A stretch of 63,989 nt of DNA, the filler included, from Perkinsus olseni (lineage: Eukaryota), in NCBI GenBank assembly GCA_013115125.1. It is 5 parts of 5 records of this genome, joined end to end, with 100 filler letters (N's around TTAATTAATTAA, not from the genome) between each part and the next. Parts side by side here need not be neighbours in the genome. Positions count along the whole stretch, not along the records: positions 13,503 to 26,897 come from JABANN010000760.1; 4 more parts are not named here. The stretch is one strand, 5' to 3'. This document shows, piece after piece, positions 13,503-25,507 of this stretch; within the stretch, counting starts at the first letter, position 1; each line of letters begins with the position of its first letter. Both the position numbers and the translations under genes were made by a program. Under the pieces are notes generated by a model. That model worked only from the letters and a program-made list of their open reading frames with translations. It ran no database searches and was not told where the DNA came from.

Positions 13503-16142
13503 CACGATTGCCCTGTTTTTAGTAAGAGTTAGTATTTTGCGCCAATCGGCTCGTTTGGTTAAAGTGTTACATCAGCAGCTCCTCATCCAGGCCGTCACGA
13601 CCTGGTCGCAGCCGAGATGCACTGCCCCAAGTTGGGGCCCCAACTCTTCTCTACACTGACGCCGATGGAGACAAGTGTCTGCTAACCGGGTTAGCCTAAC
13701 CCCCACCTCTCTTGGCGACGCGAATCGCGTCCAAATTTCGGTCCAACAGTTGGACTCCAACTAAGTTGGAGGTACGCCCGTACCGCTCTTCGGAGGTAAG
13801 AATATCATCGAGTCTGAATGGCCTACATTGTAATCTAGCACAAGATAGAGGCTGTCGAACACCAGGCTGTTGTCACTAGCTTTCAAGTGCCGAGTCGGCA
13901 CTGCCGACGCTCCGGTCCTTAGACCCCACGAATTCTACGGCCGCCAGCTCACGCGGATTCTCCGCAGTCGAGAATAGTCCGCTCATGAACTATGAGTCAT
14001 AATTGAGGACCTCAATTTGAGGTGATGTCGCATTCCTCAAAAAATTCCTCAAAAAATTCCAGGGAAAGTTCATTTTCCATGAGCACGCCAAACCAGCAAG
14101 AGCCGAATCCGTGCACGGCAATAGATGATCTACGTGTGGAAGCTGCAGTGTAGGGCCTACACTCTAGGCCGTACTCGTGGCCCACGAGTCGTGGGTCAAG
14201 ATATAGTCCGATATATCAGGAATCCTGATTCAGGATGATACATCGCAGAGTGCTTCTGAAAAGCGCTGCGGGCTGTCGCGGTACCCTGTGGGTTCTGCAT
14301 GGGGTCAAAGAGATTTCAGCTATCGCGGCGGTTAGTTGAAGCCCCATCCCGCGAGAAAGTTTCTCGGAAAAATGTGGCTCACAAGTAGTGAGCCAATTTG
14401 GCTCAGCCAAAGCGCCACTATTGGCTACTCACTAATACATAGTGAGTCACAACTCCAAAGGGCGATGGTACCAGACCATACGGTATGGTCCATACCTGAT
14501 TGCTTGGCAATCATAGCCAAGGGGGATATGATATCCCGGATATCGCTCAGGCCCGACAGCGGTACAGCGTAGGGCTTTCCCCTTCCGACACCAGGTCCCC
14601 TGAGGCAAACTACGAGAGAAAGCCACAGGAAACATTGAGCTTTACGGGAGGACTTAGTCCTCAGGACTAGCAGTCGTAGTCCGATTGCCGAACTTCGCCA
14701 AAATTCCCAAAGGCCCGAAGTTACTTCGGGCAACAAAATCGAACATCCCATTTGCGAAGTTGAATTTCCCACAGCCGCGAGATTTCAGCGGCGCAAATGA
14801 AAGTTTCAACTTGGAACTTCCAAGAACATTGAAGGTTCGACCGTGAGTTTGAAGTTCCTCATCGCGAACTTCGCTATGCGAAACTTAGAGTTCCATCCGA
14901 TGGAATCCATCGTGTGGACATCGAAATTATGAAGGTGTGCCCGCTCCCGGCGTCACGCAGCGTGACCCACGCAAGAGACGCTCCATAAACACTATCTGTC
15001 ACGTCACCACGTCACGTCACGAGGTGGCAGCCGCAAGACCGGCTTTTTTACGGATTACTTTTTTCCACCCAACACAACTCTACTTGTGTCATGACCGTCA
15101 AAGGCGAAGAAGACCACAGTCCAACACAAAGGCCCAAGGTGCGGATTCGAAAGCCCGGGACTTTAAGTCCCATCACGAAATTGGAAGTTTTATGTGCGGA
15201 ATAGATATTGCTGATTCAGATTCGTACCTCAAATTTCGCTCGCCTCAGGGAATTTGATGGTACAATTTCTACTTGCTTGAACCAAGTTAGTTCCATTCCA
15301 TAAGAACCACACCCTTACACGAACGAATAAAAAGTTCCTCCAAAACGTTATTGAAGAAGGACGATAATATGAAGGATGCTGACTTCCAGCTAGCTCCTCC
15401 TTCAACGTAATAGCTCTCTCTGTCATGAACCGCTTCAACGCAAAGCCCTCCCAACACCACACGCAAAGGTGTGTGTATGCGTGCAGATGTGTACGCGGAA
15501 ACAGGACCCAACTGGGATATTTTGCGTGCGGGGATCGTCTCGTGTTAGGTCGCTCGCTGCCATTTCTTCGATGACCATGTGCCAGGAATGTATGATTGTT
15601 CCCTCTTCCCTAGTCTACACAAAGGTATATCCGTGTATTAGTACCCATAAAACGCAGTCGGTGCATGGAATATCATAGTCGTAGTGGTTATGATGACATA
15701 AGACGCCCCGGCGCAGACTCAGTTGAAGCCCGCTTCTTAGCGGCCGTGGGAGGGGAAGTCGATCGAAGAAAGACCCAAGGGTGATGTCTGTGTCGACTTA
15801 ATGTCATCCGTGATACTATTATCAGTATCTTTTTCCTTGTGAACTGCATAAGTGCACCTCACGGGTCCAATCGGCGCGGTTCCAGTCTCTCTGACTAAAC
15901 CGTTCCCTCCCTCATGTAATTCAAGACTACAAGACTTGTATCGCCCCCTTCAATCGCTCTGCACATGGACTTCACCTGCGCTCTTCAATCGCCTAACGTG
16001 AAAGCCGGAAGCAATCAGAAGGCAGTCTTTTCAACCACCCGCCCGAACATTGCTCGGGAAATTAGTATCATCAGCGCCGATCGATTATTCTGACACCTCT
16101 AGCTGTTCTTTTTTCTCCTTTCATCTGTACTTCTCCTCACAA

Positions 16143-18886
16143 ATGGCAGTCCTTCCGCCGATAGTATGCGACACCGGGTCGAGGTGAGCTCACGGCGTAT
16201 CTTTCTTCACTCTGGAAGATATCATGAATGTCGAACCCTGTCATTTTCAGCATGATAAAATGCGGATTTTACAGCTCCGAAACGCCGGAGGTTCAATTCC
16301 CGGCAGCCGTGGCCCGCCGGACCCTGGGGTAATACCGACTCCTTTGGATCGCTTCCATATAACTTTTCTCAGAATCGATGGGCTCTTCTTTGACACTGAA
16401 GACAGCGATGACGATGAGGTTGAGAACGTCTTCGGCGAACAGAATCGGAGGCACAGCCGGAAGCGACAGCTGAACCAATCCGTGAGTCCACTAGGACGAT
16501 CGGGGAGTCGTCCACCGTCGGGGGAACAGAGTTTGATCTGTAGGCCGGCTAGGAGCGCATTTCGCCTTAATTTCTGATTGAACAAAGTAATATAATAGTA
16601 ATTTAAACTTCAAAGAACTTCTTTGGTGATCACTGAGGCTCATTTTTCCTGGAGTGTAAAGAGGCTGACCGATTTAGAACGCAACAGCCCGGGTTTGGCC
16701 GTCTCTGACCTATCGCATCATCAACGGTGTCGCTCAGCTTCAGCTTAGCCTCTTAGCGGAACAGGATAGGATCAGCGATAGAAACATTACACGAAGCTGG
16801 ATGACTCCCTGAGGATGATACGAACCAATCCCGAGCTCTCCTCAGCCGGCGTCTTCGGCCGTATCCAATGGTATCCGAGGTTCGAGCTCGTCAATTCTGG
16901 TTGGACATGATGCTCTAGCGACTGCGGATCAATCTGGCATCAACGCCAACTACCCCCTCGTTAACGGCGTCGTCACGGACTGGGGCGACATGCTGCTGGT
17001 TTGGGACGAAGCGTTCTTGCAGCTTCTCAAAGGAGGTCGTCACGGATCGAAGCGAATGAAACTGGCGGGTATTTTCTCTGGGTTGAATTATTATGATATT
17101 TCCTGCTCTCATTCAGGAAGGGGGATGGCGGAGAGGGGTACGATTTGGGAGAGTGATGGTAGTGATGAATGGCTGGATGAGCTCAAGGGCGGGAAGATAG
17201 TCCAGACAGAAGCCGCTTGCAACCCTACAAAAAATCGGGAGAGAATTCTCACGGAGATGTTTGAACGGTGGGCTGTGATTGATTTTGTTCGAGCCATGGA
17301 TCAACCTAAGATACGGCTTCGGTAGCGTCAACGTGTCGGTCCAGGCCGTATTGTCTCTTCTGGCGACGGTAATGAGAAGCAGCAGGTGCCTTTGAGTTGG
17401 CGGTTTTCAGGGCCAACGCATAGGGATGGTCGTGGATTCTGGTGACGGTGTCACGCATGTGGTTCCAATCTACGAAGGCTTTGTCCTGCAACCCTGTGTT
17501 AAGCGGATGGCGATCGCTGGTAGAACGATCACGCGGTGAGAATGGTATCATAGCTTGAGCCTGGCGGTGCTCGGAAAATGTCAGGCAGCTGGCGTATCTT
17601 GTGACGCATACGTCGGGTAACCGTGTGAAGGGCTTGAAGCACTTGAACACGGTAAGTCGCTCGGCCAGCGTTTCCGTCCAGTGAGGGCGCAGATGCGGCA
17701 GTGGAAGGAAGAGCACTGCTTCGTTACCGATGATCCGGCGAGGAGCAAGATAGAGGCTAGGAGAAATACAGTACTGCTGGGCATTTGGTATCTTAGGTTG
17801 AAGCTTGCTCTTCTCGGATTAACCGTTTCGCCTGATCATTTAGTATCTTAGGTTGAAGCTTGCTCTTCTCGGATTAACCGTTTCGCCTGACTTCGGGGCA
17901 TTTGGTATCTTAGGTTGATGCTTGCTCCTCTCAGATTAACCGTTTCGCCTGATCATTTAGTATCTTAGGTTGAAGTTTGCTCTTCTCAGATTAACCGCTT
18001 CGCCCGACTTCCAGATGGCACTGAAGTCCCCATCGGAGCAGAGCGTTACTTAGCGCCCGAGATTCTCTTCACTCCCGCATATGCTGTTGACGAAGTCTTC
18101 AAAGACCAACCGGGAATACAGGGAACCCTAATGGAGGCGGTAGTAGCTTACATGTGTTCCTGGGCCTTCGATGGAAGCTTTCCTTGTACATGCCACAGTC
18201 GCCACGTCTCTCGGCTGCCATGCGAATTTTACACGATAGTTTCGTGGCTCAGCGAAAATCGCTTCGTATCGAGCTTCATCTATGGCGCGGCGTCCGTAGT
18301 TTCCCCCTGGGCGTTCCTGGAACGTCGATAAAAGCTTTTTTACGGCTATGAAAAAGCTTTTTTTCGGTACAAAAACCTATCCCTATTGATGTAGCCGCTT
18401 CTCGTTCGCCTATATTTTTTATACCTTGGCTTTCATGGTACAATCGCTACGTCTCTCGGCTGTCATGCCAATTTTAGGCAAGAGTGGTCGAGAGACTCTC
18501 CTGTCGCCAGCTGCTGCGGTCTTCATGGTCCATCTCAGATCGATTCGTCGCCGCTGGACATACGGGAATCTCTGCAAAATTCGGTGCTCTTATCGGGAGG
18601 CAATACCCTCTTGGACGGCTTCGGTCGGCGGTTGAACGCGGAGCTTGGAAGAGCTTATGGCGGTCGAGCGCGAGTGATCGAAAGGGATGATCGGATGTAG
18701 TCCGGGTGATGGATTTTATGCTACTTTACTGACCATAACAGGTTTCTACCCTACATCGGGGCCTGTACTATGGCGGAGATTCACAGAGATACTGACGCCC
18801 CGGAGATGTGGATCACCCGGGAAGAGTTCGAGGAGCAGGGCCCGTCGGTGGTGCATAGGTTGATCCCGACTCACCATCAATGCTGA
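16143..18886 (+). CDS. Divergent actin-related protein (Arp2-like features), multi-exon
   Basis: Spliced exons read [135 protein letters not shown]. Confidence 0.88.
17782..18010 (+). repeat. Four-copy tandem repeat (55/62-bp units, 117-bp dimer period) of an intron 3' end plus exon start
   Basis: Units begin CATTT(G/A)GTATCTTAGGTTGA at 17782, 17837, 17899 and 17954. Confidence 0.92.
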
Positions 18887-19268
18887 AGATAGAATTAAAT
18901 TCATGCAGCGATCTGCTAGTTTCCTTTCACAACGCCTTGGGTGGATCATAATGGGGAATTGATTCTGGACTGTCGTTTCGGCGTTGATTGCCATTTCAGG
19001 ATCGATTTAGATTCTCAGAATTGGTCCTGGGCTTCGAAAGACGGCCTCTCCTTATTAGTTTCGCTCGCTCTGTGAGTATACTCTTACCTCAGGGGAGGTA
19101 GGTTGAGTATGTTTTTGCAACTGGGAATTGCTGCAGTAACCGCATTTCACGAGTTAAAAATGAATTCCAGAATCGATTCTGGGCTTCTGTGCGGGGTCGG
19201 GCGTGAATCTCGCTCGCCCGTGACGTTCACGTGCTTTCGTTTCCGTAGCTGCCATTCTCTCATCCAGC

Positions 19269-20552
19269 ATGGACTCCCGCGCAGGCAGTTCAGAATCGGC
19301 TGCCTCCAAAGGGTTGGCGGCAGGCGGCCCTCCTCCTCTCCCCAGCACTGCCATCAAGGTCCCGCGAGTCGACGCCTGGCTGCTCGTTCAGTACGGCATA
19401 CTGGGCTTCGTCGCCCTGTCACCCTGGAACTTCGTACTCACTGCTGTGGCCTTCCTCGACTCAAAGTTCCATCACAATTTCGCTTCTAGCGTCCCCATCA
19501 TCTACTCAGCATCGGTCAACATCGCCCAGTTGATCCTGGTTTGGGTCGGCAACAAGTTCACGTTTGCTCCGCGCTTCGACCTTGGATGCGTCATGCTCTC
19601 CATCGCCATCACCCTCCTCGCCGTTGTTGCTATCATTTTCGGAGATGGCGATCTTGTATCCAACGCCGGTCTCGGTTTTGGCCTCGCACTGATATGCGTC
19701 TTTTTCCTCGGCTTTGGGCACTCTATCATGGAATCTTCAGCCTTCGGACTGGCCGCCCTGTGCCCGAAGATCTGCATGGTGGCGACTATGGTCGGCGAAG
19801 GTGTTGGTGGCTTAGCACCCTGGCCGTGCCAGCTCCTTATCGAGGTTATTTTTTCCGCTGTACCCAACTCCCAGGGGTGGCAGACGCTCATATTCTTCGT
19901 CGTACCAGCGGCAGTATCGTTGCTGATAATACCCATGTTCCGCCTGTGGACTGCCAAGCACCCGTACATGGTCGAGGTCTTGCGAATCGAGGAAAAACGT
20001 AAGCACGACGCGTTGGCCACTCGACAGACGCGTCGACCGGTTCATCGTATCATAAGAGAAGTCCTGCCAATGGCTTTATGCGCCTGGGGAGGTCTGGCGG
20101 TTCTCTTCGTCGTGTTCCCCGCGCAGGTTGTTCTTTGGACGTCCTCCGACCCCAACAACAATGGCTTCGTGCCACAGATTATTTACACGTTCCAGGTCCT
20201 TGATACCGTCGGTAGATTTGCCCCGTCAGTGGGCTTGAGCCTGTCTGAGAGAATGCTCATGTTGTTCATCACCCTTCGAGTACTGTTCATACCATTATTT
20301 ATCTGTACGACGCTCTACCAGTCCACCGCACCATTTTCCTTCGACTGGTTCAAGCATGTCGAGATGGCCTTGATGGCCGTCACCAACGGTTTCGGTGTGA
20401 CTCTGGCGATGGCATACGGCCCTCAGAGAGTCTCCCAAGACAAAGCCGAGCAAGAGGTCGCGGGATACACCATGGGCTTTGCTCTCATCAATGGCATATT
20501 CGTCGGCAGTCTCTTCGGTCTACTCGCCAACGTCGGTCTTGGGCAGACATAA
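19269..20552 (+). CDS. Equilibrative nucleoside transporter (ENT/SLC29 family), intronless
   Basis: 427-aa multi-TM ORF with ENT motifs LGFVALSPWNFVLTA, SAFGLAALCP, VVFP, DTVGRF, LRVLFIPLF and TNGF..TLAMAYGP. Confidence 0.92.
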   Translation: MDSRAGSSESAASKGLAAGGPPPLPSTAIKVPRVDAWLLVQYGILGFVALSPWNFVLTAVAFLDSKFHHNFASSVPIIYSASVNIAQLILVWVGNKFTFAPRFDLGCVMLSIAITLLAVVAIIFGDGDLVSNAGLGFGLALICVFFLGFGHSIMESSAFGLAALCPKICMVATMVGEGVGGLAPWPCQLLIEVIFSAVPNSQGWQTLIFFVVPAAVSLLIIPMFRLWTAKHPYMVEVLRIEEKRKHDALATRQTRRPVHRIIREVLPMALCAWGGLAVLFVVFPAQVVLWTSSDPNNNGFVPQIIYTFQVLDTVGRFAPSVGLSLSERMLMLFITLRVLFIPLFICTTLYQSTAPFSFDWFKHVEMALMAVTNGFGVTLAMAYGPQRVSQDKAEQEVAGYTMGFALINGIFVGSLFGLLANVGLGQT

Positions 20553-20697
20553 GAGTGACTGCCCTTTCCGTGCACTATTCTACGCTTTTTTGACTGTCTT
20601 TGTCTAGCAGACGACTTACTTTCGAAACTGTTACGACGGCGTTGTTAGTAAATTGAAACCAAACTGCCATGTCATGATGGAAAATGGAAGGAAATCA

Positions 20698-21834
20698 TCA
20701 GACTAGGGCGCGGCATGCAATTCTAGCTAGGATTCTGTCTTTCTCCTTCTCCCTTTCGTCGAGGTCCTCGTAGGAGACAAAAAGTTGTTGTTGGGCTGGC
20801 GTCTTGAGGCCCTGGTTCAGCTCCACCCACTTTGTATGTGCAGCCGCTGCCAGTTCCTGAGAAACCCGGGAAATTTTGTTAGTGAGAGAGAACAGTACTT
20901 GGCGTGGAGGATACATTTTTCAGTGTGAATCTTGCCGCTGACACGACACTCTAGCGATGACAGACGAGTAGCTACAGCGCAATACCACAACTCGCCCGCA
21001 TCGTCTATACCGCCGATTCTTCACGACGAGCAACGAACATTGACGGCTCGTGAAGTGATCTCTATAAAATGCTGCGCGAAAGCTGAGCAAGACAGTAGAC
21101 CGGAAACCAGATAGCAAAACCAGAGTCGTGTATAGTTTGCAAAGCAGATGGTCTCTTGACAGGGTTACCAGCTGCTGAGCGCATCGCGGGAAGGGACGAG
21201 GTTACCTCGACATCAGTAGTGCCTGATCTCACCATAGCAAGCAAGCACCTGCCAACTTCTTCCATCTGCCTACGGAACTGGTCTGGTAGTTCAGAGCCTC
21301 GAGCCTGACAGAGGAAATGCATGAAACGAGTATGAGTGCAGAAAGGGTCACTTCAGCCATCGACGGACGGAACACGTGAGATTCCGAAAATACATCGGCC
21401 ATTGTGAAGTTCATATCGCGGATCATTTCCTGCCCCGATAAGAAGCTACGCTGAAGGCTGAGGTTATGATGCGTTAATGATGCGAAGAAAATAGGCCAGA
21501 GATGGGCAAATCCCGGGTGTTGTGTTCTTAATCAGCCAGTCTGGGTGAGTATGGTTATCAAGCAGGAGTCTTTCTGTCTTCAAAACGAAAAGTCGAGTCT
21601 TCGCCCGAAGGTCACCTGAAGAAGCTCGATCCTTCTGCCAGTGGGTCGTGAGCCGGGTAAGTCATCCTCGTTGTTGATCCAGACCAGATCTCCCGAGATC
21701 AGTTCAACTTCTTTCTTCAGGCGCGTCTGTGCTTCTGGATGTTGCAGCCGGAATTGATGTTTCCATTCCTCGTGCGCCTCATCCACAAAATTGGTGAGCA
21801 GGGAGGCGTCCTTGGTTCCACTCGAAGGGGCCAT
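20698..21834 (-). CDS. RyR-repeat-like protein, multi-exon
   Basis: C-terminal exon ELAAAAHTKW...LFVSYEDLDEREKEKDR resembles the RyR repeat; the N-terminal exon has a similar half motif FVDEAHEEW. Confidence 0.55.
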
Positions 21835-23309
21835 GAGACGAAAAAACTAATCGATGACACGCTCGGTCGAGCTAGACATGCATACGAGCTGAAAACAGAA
21901 ACAAGGTTCCGAAGGTTTGCCGATAGCCGATTTTGGGATTCCCTGAACGGCGAGTCGCCGTCGACGACTAAGTGTTGACAGCTGTTCCAGTCTGTGGGAA
22001 CCAGGGTGGACTTTTCCGATCAACTCCCACTCATTGCGACTCAACGCCTCGAAGAATGAATGGTTCTCGGCTCGGTATGAGCATGGGCGTTGCGAGTCCC
22101 CCGCCCTCTCGGTACGCAGATTTGCGCATGCGTGCAAGGGGTCATCACTGGCCTCGTAGGAAGCTCAGAATGTGTTCCAGACTATGCCGCAGTTGGTTCA
22201 GCCCTGCTGATTCCTTGCATCTCCAACCTACTCGAACAGATCAACGGGGGGACGCGAACTGCTCACAAAGGGGACGACTTCTGAATGACAGTAATTGTGG
22301 CACTGACTGTGCCTTGTTCCCCTTCGCCATTATCGTTCCCTCGGATACTTATAGTATAAACTCATCACTATTATGGATCAGAATTTCCGGCGGCAGAATG
22401 CTGCGTTAGGTGAAGTTGAATGGGAAAGCTGTATCGATGCCTAACTGCGTAGTTCAACTTGAATGATTATCAGATCATGTTTTTTCTATTGGAGAGAAAT
22501 TCTCCCGAGAGACCGAATTGGATGTGCATGCGTGCAAGCGGCAGATCCTTGTCAGTAGGATCTGCCAGTAGGTGACAGCCATGAACGTTATGACTGTAAT
22601 GATGATGGCGGATGCGAGCTCGACCCCAGCCCTCTGCTCCCTGGATGTGGAGGTACGATACTAGACACTCCTGCTGACTCAACCCAGACAACAGCTGTAT
22701 GGCAGCTACAGCACCGTGGCAGCTCTCGTGTCCTACTGAACCGTCGTTGCTTTCGAGCACTATTTCACAGCTACAAGCACAGACTACTGCCTGGTAGCTA
22801 GCTCTGACCCTGGTGAATGTCGTACGGTGGGAGAGTCTGACTGTACGACACTCATGACTCTGACTCAGAGTAGAGCCATTCGCTATCCACATTCCAAACT
22901 TCTGACAGAGGGACCGTCCCGATTGCGGCGGCGAAGTTATTGCGCCGCGACCGGAACTTCGGAAGCCACAGAGCGGAGCTTACTAGATCCATGTTCCTTA
23001 AACTCTGACCTTGGCGACGTTCGAAATCTGAACGTGGCCGGACTCAGCCAAGTTGTGCAATGTTTTCCACTCGCAGGACTCTATAAGTATTTTCTCTTGA
23101 GGCAACTTCGGCCGCTTTTATGGTCAATTGTCAAAGCCTCCATCAGGCGGGAAGCCCTGACCTCGTAGTTCTTGGCAGCACGCACTGGAGCTACTCTCAG
23201 CATACTGGATTTCAACAACACAGATCCTTATATGCATTTTCGGACAACATCGACTTCAACGGGCACTCATCCATTTGCATCACAGTCATCTGCATGTGCC
23301 CTTCCCTTC

Positions 23310-25015
23310 CTAGTTTCCGGGCGCTAGTCTCTCATGCCATCCAGCAGCTACGGCTATTGTCACAGCTGATAAACGGGTCTCCATTTCAACTTCGCTGATT
23401 CCCTCCTCCTCCGTGTCGATCCCCCACGCGGCAGCAGTGTCCAGAATGGAATCAGTGAGGTTAGCATCATTTTCCTCGGGGAGCATCCAAGCTCTCATGA
23501 TATCCAAGTTCTTACCCAGTAGGGGAAGACTGGCATGGAACAATCTTACAGGGGGGAAAATAAACACTTTCGACTCACTCGATCGTGCCACCTGGAATAG
23601 TGTAGTCAACAAACTTGATGAAGTTCACTATCGAGCGGTTCAATCTGTCATCCCAGAAGTAGGTGATAGCTGAAGGGAGAAGAGCCTGGAGGAAAGGGTT
23701 GAGAATGAGCTCGTCGCCTGGGTCACACCTCTGAGGGTCCGAATGCATAACTGAAAGTGGAATCCTCGCCGTTTTCTCGGTTTCGAGCTTCCTTTAAAGC
23801 CTTTCTGGACACAGCTAGGACGGCGGAGACTTTACTGACGCGCCCTTTTTAAGTAGCGCCTTTCCCTATTCGATGATGGTCTCCTCGCATCCCAAGCCTT
23901 CGGTCTCGAATAGATAGCGAGTAAAAGGCAGCCCCGCAGGCTCGGGGACCCACCAGAGAGTGTTGGTTCTGGACAGCTTTGTCCACTTAGAGAACTCCCA
24001 TGGCCTCCGCTTCGAAGTTCTAAGGAGCGTAAAGCTCCGCGTTGAGCGTCCGCTGTCACACAACCAACCTGGTTTCGCTAAAGGTGGTAAAGCCGATGAC
24101 GAACTTCCGTTTGCTCTCGCTGAACACGGCGCCGACGGAAGCATACCTCTGCACGGGTTTGCGTGATGCTCGTCCAAGGAGGCAATAGTTGTACTCACCG
24201 CCACAGACACCTTCTCGGAGGTTCTCGTGAGCCCAAATTTCAGCTTCGCTCCGGATCCGAACTTACGTTCTTCGACAACGCAGCGGTCGCCACCCTATGC
24301 TTGGAGACATACCTCGTGACGGAAAGCCATCTTCCTCACCTGCTTGACTTTTCGCTGGTTCTCGGGCCTTCGATTTAGGAAACGCTTCCCCAGGAACTGA
24401 CGAACAGTCAGAGCCTCATAGGCGCGAAGTTCGTGAGTTGTGCTCACGCTTGCGCTTAATAAGACACTTAGTTTCACGTTTGGTAAAGCGAAGAGAGAAT
24501 CTATTCGACGAGCATATGAGCTTGTGTCAAGAACTGGAGTATCGCTAGGAGTGCCAGGAACGGCTTACTGCTAGAACTGCTCCCGCTTGACTTGGGTTGA
24601 AGCAGAAGACCATGAGGATGGTCGGAAGGCCATACATGTGTTTTCACCAAGGTCGCGCTGAGACGGGTATAGAGCGCTGCAAGACTACCAGTGGAACTTC
24701 CATAATCCGCTTCCACTGTGGAAGCGGTTGGGTCCGGATAGAGAGGGGGCTCGCAGAAACTCAATATCCGTGTGAATCGGATTCTTCGGAAACTTCGTGC
24801 AGTTCGAGCGATGCAACGATTTGGTTGTTCCCGTAGGCCACTGTGTATATCCTGAACGGACCAGCTTGTCTTCGTGGAAGGCCAAGGAACAGTTGACCCC
24901 GCCCAACTGTGTCTGGGTTCACTCTGTGCCTGGCACAGTGTGCCACAGTGACTGTAAGAATCAGTGTAAAAATCTCAAAGCGAAGATATAGTTTCCACAG
25001 CACTTCCTGCAGCAC
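23310..25015 (-). pseudogene. Degraded member of a lineage-specific, probably secreted, family
   Basis: Signal-like start MLQEVLWKLYLRFEIFTLILTVTVAHC, broken frames, and C-terminal block LPLLGKNLDIMRAWML..RLSAVTIAVAAGWHERLAP that recurs nearby. Joining these pieces into one gene is inferred. Confidence 0.4.
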
Positions 25016-25244
25016 GATATAACTGCTCTCTTGAGGAGTAGTGGACGGATCGCGCTCGTCTAGCTACTAGACTCTATTAGACTAGACGCGCATTATCTAT
25101 CTCCGGGGTTCTCATTCCCGACTTGAACGAAAGAGTAAGCTGCCACATCAGAGCCACATCATCTTCTGAGGGTGATTCATCACCAGTAATAACATCTCTC
25201 AGCATCATATCAGTTTCGTGTCATCTACAAGCCTTTCTCGGTCT

Positions 25245-25507
25245 CGAACGGTGCCAGCCTCTTATGCCAACCAGTGCCACTGGTCCAGTGGCTACACTGT
25301 AGCCGCTACAGCTATTGTCACGGCCGCGAAACGAAGTTTGTATTCGCTGTTGATGATGTTTTCTTACATGGGATTTATGCCCCACTTCGCGGCATTCCCT
25401 AAGATTGAGGCAGTACGGTTAGCATCTCTCTCATCTGATTCGTCCTCGTCAGAAAGCATCCATGCTCTCATACGATCTAGGTTTCCTTCGTACAAAGGTA
25501 ATCTAAG
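25245..25507 (-). pseudogene. Second degraded paralogous fragment of the same family
   Basis: Reads LPLYEGNLDRMRAWML..DANRTASILGNAAKWGI..RFAAVTIAVAA with stops; aligns with 23310-23612. Confidence 0.65.

Noticed and set aside
17782-18010. CRISPR-like repeat array
   Set aside because: Units are contiguous with no unique spacers, no cas genes, and derive from an intron-exon junction.
19502-20045. Overlapping alternative ORFs across the ENT gene and antisense ORFs in pol
   Set aside because: Shadow frames of long coding regions with no recognisable motifs.
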